A stretch of DNA of 64,000 nt from Anthoceros angustus (taxonomy: Eukaryota; Plantae; Anthocerotophyta). Both the position numbers and the translations under genes were made by a program. Of this stretch, positions 59,143-64,000 are shown in pieces (position 1 is the stretch's first letter; each line of letters opens with the position of its first letter). Under the pieces are notes generated by a model that was given only the letters and a program-made list of their open reading frames with translations, was not told where the DNA came from and did not search any database. The stretch is from NCBI GenBank assembly GCA_010909165.1, contig MU008190.1, forward strand, positions 469,166 to 533,165, given 5' to 3'.

Positions 59143-62100
59143 GGCCTCCTTGGTTAGTACTTGCACGAAATTGAAGAAAAGTGATGCCTCTCCTGCAATT
59201 CCTGCAGCACCTGCCAGCTTCCTATCCTTGCAAACGTTTCTCCTCCTCAGCGATTTGCTCCTGCTCACAGCCCAAAGGTCCTTGCCCTTGCTCTCCTCCT
59301 GCAGTCCTTACACCTTGGCGTCCTCAAAAACCCCAATTTCTCCTGCAAGAGAAAGCTCACCAAAATTCTCCCCCGGACTCTTACACCTGCCACAGCAATT
59401 TAGGAGCCCTTCCTGCACGGTTTCCTAGCAATCTTGCCACGCTCCACCCTCCTAGGCACCCTCACGAGCTTGGCAAGTGTTGGGTTGCGCCCCAACCTTC
59501 TTCTCCCTTCTCTTCTTCCTCTTTTTCCTCCTTCTTCCTCTCTTGGGCGCTGGCGGATTTCCACCTCCTTGCCCTTGGATGTGTGCCACGTGGCCCCTTT
59601 CTCACCTTGCCACAAGCCACCTGGCCTTGCACCTCCTTGCCCTTGGATTGCTCACCAAAATTCTCCTCGGTGATTTGCTCTCCTTGCAAACGTTTCTCCT
59701 CACCAAAATTCTCCCGGACTCTTACACTGCCACAGCAATTTAGGAGCCCTTCACAATTTCCTAGCAATCTTGCCACGCTCCACCCTCCTACCCTCACGAG
59801 CTTGGCAAGTGTTGGGTTGCGCCCCAACCTTCTTCTCCCTTCTCTTCTTCCTCTTTCTCCTCCTGCACCTCCTCTTGGCGTCCTGCCTTTTCTCCTCCTT
59901 CTTGAGCTTGCGCCTCCTTCTTCTCCTCCTCAACACAGGCGTGTGTACGGCGCTGTATGGGGCCTTGGGCAGCTTGAGGTGTGGCGGCGCCTTCTTCTCC
60001 TCCTCGGTGGTAGGAGTTTCTCCTCAAGTTTCGAGTTGTGGCCTCCTGCACCGCACCACTTTTATAAGTCACCCAAGGGTTAGAAAAGTAACTACCATTC
60101 TATCCTGCCCTTGGATGTGTGCCACGTGGCCCCTTTCTCACCGTTGATGTTAGTTTCCTAATTCCTTATACTAAAATACCATTTTCCCTATTTTCTAATT
60201 TCTAATTCTGAAAATTAGCCTCTAATTTCTTAATTACCTATTTTGGCCTATTTATCTAGTCCACTAAAAGACTCTATATATAGCAAGCCTATCCTCCTAA
60301 AACATAAGCTACTTCCTTAGCAACCTATCTCCTACCACGGTAGGACATCCTACCATGGTAGGCGTTTTCCTTTCTCCTACCACGGTAGGAGTTTCTCCTC
60401 GGTGGTAGGACACCTCCTACCCTCTCCTACCATGGTAGGAGCAATCCCACATGTAGGTGATCAAAACACTAGCGGTCATTCTCCTCGGTGGTAGGATCTC
60501 TCCTACCCTCTCCTACCATGGTAGGAGTTTCTCCCACGGTGGTAGGACACCTCCTACCACTCATGTAGGTTACCTTTTCTCCTCACCAGAAGGTCGTTTT
60601 GACCCGTTTCTTTTCCTGCATATCCTCTTTGCCTTCCGACATGGTCCTACAACTCCCGCTCAAAAGGAGCAAAAATTTCCTTGCATGTCTTCACCAAACC
60701 ATTTCTAGCAAAGAGTGTGGGCTGTTCAAAACGAACTCATTTAAGCTTGTTGCCCAAACTTTTGCGTTCCACATACTCCCCTCCTCACTGTTTGCGTCCT
60801 GCAAACAACAGATCTCAGTGAAGGTACTTCTTAACCTTCCACCCATTCACTCTAGTTGGCGCAAATCCCCATCCGGCTGCGTGGTTGCGGATCCATTCTC
60901 ATACACCGCCACCACCTCATAAGGTCCCATCCATCTCAATCTAAGCTTCCCAAGTCCATATAACGGCTATCATATAGAAGAACCAAATCCTACCATGATA
61001 GCTTCTTGCTTCCTCAACTTCCCATCATGCCTATCCTTTCTAAGCCCCACCGCTTGAGTTTCTTCTAAAGCATCTTCCCTCGTTCCTCATGCTCTATGAA
61101 AGACTCTAGTCTAACTTCGACTATCCTCTGGTCATGCGCTCATCCTCCATGATTCTATAGGTAGGTACTTCAAATTCAGCATCACAGGAGACATGCCATA
61201 TGTTAAATAATAAGAGGTCTTCTTGGTTGTCACCTTCTCCGTCTCAGAAGCCCATAATGCAGCATCTAAGATCTTCTTCACCGTGATTTACTGAATAATG
61301 GCCTCCAACCTCTTACGCATGCAAAGCTTCTTTAAGAGAAGCTTCCTTCCCTTCAAACAACGTCGGATCTTCTCATCCAAACCAAGCTTGTATAAGACCC
61401 CATCTCTTAGACAATAAGGCACAGCTCTAGGGAGAAAGACAGCACGCCCTTCCCTAGACAAACTATCCAACATGATTCCGTGCTCCAAGAAATTTCATAC
61501 CTCACCATTCAATAACATGGACATGGGAGTCCTTCACGTTCTAATCTCCTCCTTCCACGCATACCACGTCGCCTCCTGCTAGCTCGCCCACCAGCAGCCC
61601 AGGCGGCGTTGTTCCATCCACAAATCCAGTTTCTCCCGCTTTGTCCATGCGCAAGTTTTGAGCTGCCGTTGCATGCTCCTCCTCCAACAATGTTCATTTC
61701 TTCCATTCCTGCTGGTCTAGCCTCGTGTCCAGGTCCAGCTCGTGCTCCCATGGCGACCTCCTCGCCACCCCCATGGCCACCTCATGAGTGATTTCCCATG
61801 AATCGCCATTTTCTTCTCCTGCCGTTTTGCTCAAGCTTCTCATGGGATGCATCATCTCCTCGCCCTCTGGCGCACCTACCTCCCTAGGGCCTTCTCCTCC
61901 TTCGGCCCCATGGCGCCTGGCTGACCTCGCCAAGTGGGGCGCCTTTTCTTTTGCACGCTCCCATATCCGTTTTCGCTTCTTTCTTTTGCCAACGGCTGGC
62001 CTCCACTTGCAGCCCTCCACTGCTCACCCTTGAGGAGCATTCCAGCCTCCTCCTCGCCCCCTGGCGCCCTTTTATCCCTCGGATTTCCAGTTGTCCTGCT

Positions 62101-64000
62101 GCGCCTTTCACAACGCTCCCTTCTTGCTCATTTGACCTCTGCTGGCAGCAAGGCTTGCTGATCAATCCTTAGGCCGTCTACAACATGCTCACGTCCTCCC
62201 CTTGACCCAGCCGTGGCAACCAACTCCTCGTCGGAAATCGGTCATCTGTGGCCTCAAGTCGCTCTCCGGTTTCTGAAAATGAAACCATTCTCATGCTCTT
62301 CTGCACCTTCTTAAACTCTACCATCTCCTCTACACTTAGAAATCTTCACCACCTTACCACATTCTAGCTCTAATTTTTCTATGACACATGGATCTACATG
62401 TGTTCCTCTAACTCCTTCCTTTGTTTCCCAACTTTTATCAAGAAAGGTCATACCATAGGCCTTGCTTTTGCGAAGGCTACATCCTTGGTGGCCGTGGTGG
62501 TACTCTCTCCTCTATGTAATCATACAAAGACTCCCTCCTCTTCCTTCTGAGTCCTCAACGGACCAACGCGTGTGATGTGCATAGCTTAAGCCACAAAACC
62601 GGTTCAAAGATACAGCTCTCAAATCATCCCAATCCAATGGTGATGCAGCTCCATCGTGTGACTATACCACTGCTGGCATGACCTCAAGTACTCTAGGAAA
62701 ATTTGAGACAATCCACGAGACTTCCAAATTCGCATGAGTCACATGTTCAAAGTTTGCACAAAAGCCTCACATCTTCACCTTGTTTCTTCTCCCAAATCTC
62801 CCATATTGGCGGGGTGACCGACTTCCACCACCTCCACTTCCTCCACTCATGGTTGAGGCGTCCACAAAAGCTGGGCACACCTCCCAAGAATTCCCTGCAC
62901 ATCTGGCGTAACAAATGCTGCAAGCGGGATGTACTATACAGACTTGGGCACACAAGCGCCTCAGTCCTCTTAACAAGCAAGGTTGAAAGGGCAGCAAGAT
63001 GGGCTAATTGATCAAGACCTTGCGGCTCGGCCATTAGATCTCGTACCCCAACTTCTCCGCCAAATCTCACCCTCTTGCCTTCCTCCTCTTGACGACCAAC
63101 TCGAGCTAGAAGAGCTCAACAATCCACGAAAAAAGTCCTCCTCTTGCAAGAGCGGAAGATGTACCTTGGAAATTATTAACGTGGCTCGGTTCTTGACCCT
63201 CACCCTTGATCGCAACTCCTCGGCAACAACCTCCTTCCTCTCGCTGTCCGTGAGCACAACCTCCTCTTGCTCTTAGACAACTACCTCTTCTTCCTCAACG
63301 GAACCCTTGAAGATGTTAGCACATGTAGCTTCCTCAGAGCTCTCTCCTCCACTTCTTCCTTTGCACATCAGCAACTAAGCTTTCTTCACACATGATTTCT
63401 CCATTCAGTTCACAAATCCCTTGCAGACAAAGGCGGGGTGATCTCCTCTCAACTCCTACACGAAATTACTTCCTCCCTCCCGACTAGACTTGCAAGCAAG
63501 CACGCTCACACCCCTCAACACACAACTATCCAAAACAGCAAATCCCCTCCTACTCCTGTTCCACTCATGTTGCTTGGTCCGGATGAGCTAGGCGAACTCA
63601 CACTCCCTTCCTCTCCTGCAGTAAATTCTCCAACCAAAGTTCTCTGCAGAAGGGTGTCTGCACAAAGATTGGGGCGGTTGTGGGATGGTGTCTCCCTAGG
63701 TGTGCGTCCCAAGGCGTGAGCTGGCGGTGATTCTATCAAGGCGCTCAAGATCTTGAGACCATGCACAAATTCTCACGCTCACCCTCCTTCTTCACTCTTT
63801 TGCTTGGAGTTGAGCTAGATCCACCACTCAAGGTCCAGCGTTGAGAAGGCCCGTGCTGGTAGCTGAACTTGAATCGTGCTCGAAGCGGTGCTTCCTCCTC
63901 GCTTTCCTCTTCACATACCAACTCCTCTTCAACCACCTCCTTTGTTTGTCGGTGATTTTGGCGTCCCCTTCTCGAGCGTTTTCTGGATCACTTGGCTCCC

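Larger units (their letters stand above)
55177..64000 (-). mobile_element. Athila/Tat-like Ty3/gypsy element Y, apparently lacking RT/RH; 3' LTR 55177-56226; 5' end outside window
   Basis: Integrase remnants on minus at 60800-61500 (LRDGVLYKLG, LDAALWA, KLRLRWMGPYEV). gag-like remnants above 61500. Extra sense ORF at 59142-56697. LTR TGTTGA..CCCACA on minus. Confidence 0.8.

Noticed and set aside
1-64000. tRNA, rRNA or other structured RNA genes
   Set aside because: None recognised by eye. Only 12-13 nt tRNA-complementary primer binding sites are present. A covariance-model search was not possible.

Overview
Plant-type nuclear DNA, probably from a non-seed land plant (inference). About 85% is nested LTR retrotransposons around a compact gene island at 30.2-35.0 kb: a 4-exon WDR26/GID7-type CTLH-WD40 gene, a 2-exon PEX11A-type gene and a probable small spliced gene for an acidic protein. 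The main result is two divergent Ty3/gypsy elements (about 1-16.9 kb and 40.5-50.8 kb) that encode a C5 cytosine DNA methyltransferase between the protease and the reverse transcriptase. Both show motifs I, IV (G-W-E-C), VI, VIII and IX-X. The first also ends in a PHD finger after the integrase and has a further Cys-rich ORF remnant. Each is interrupted by a young short-LTR Ty1/copia element within about 30 codons of methyltransferase motif I. The three related copia elements carry extra 5' ORFs and 3' antisense ORF remnants. A third, Athila/Tat-like family with about 1.05 kb LTRs occurs four times, including an inverted nested pair, and is rich in palindromic motifs. The repeats show many indels concentrated at CWG sites plus several tandem duplications, while the genes are clean. 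Many frameshifts are therefore probably long-read errors. All calls were made by eye, and element boundaries without TG..CA or TSD support are approximate.
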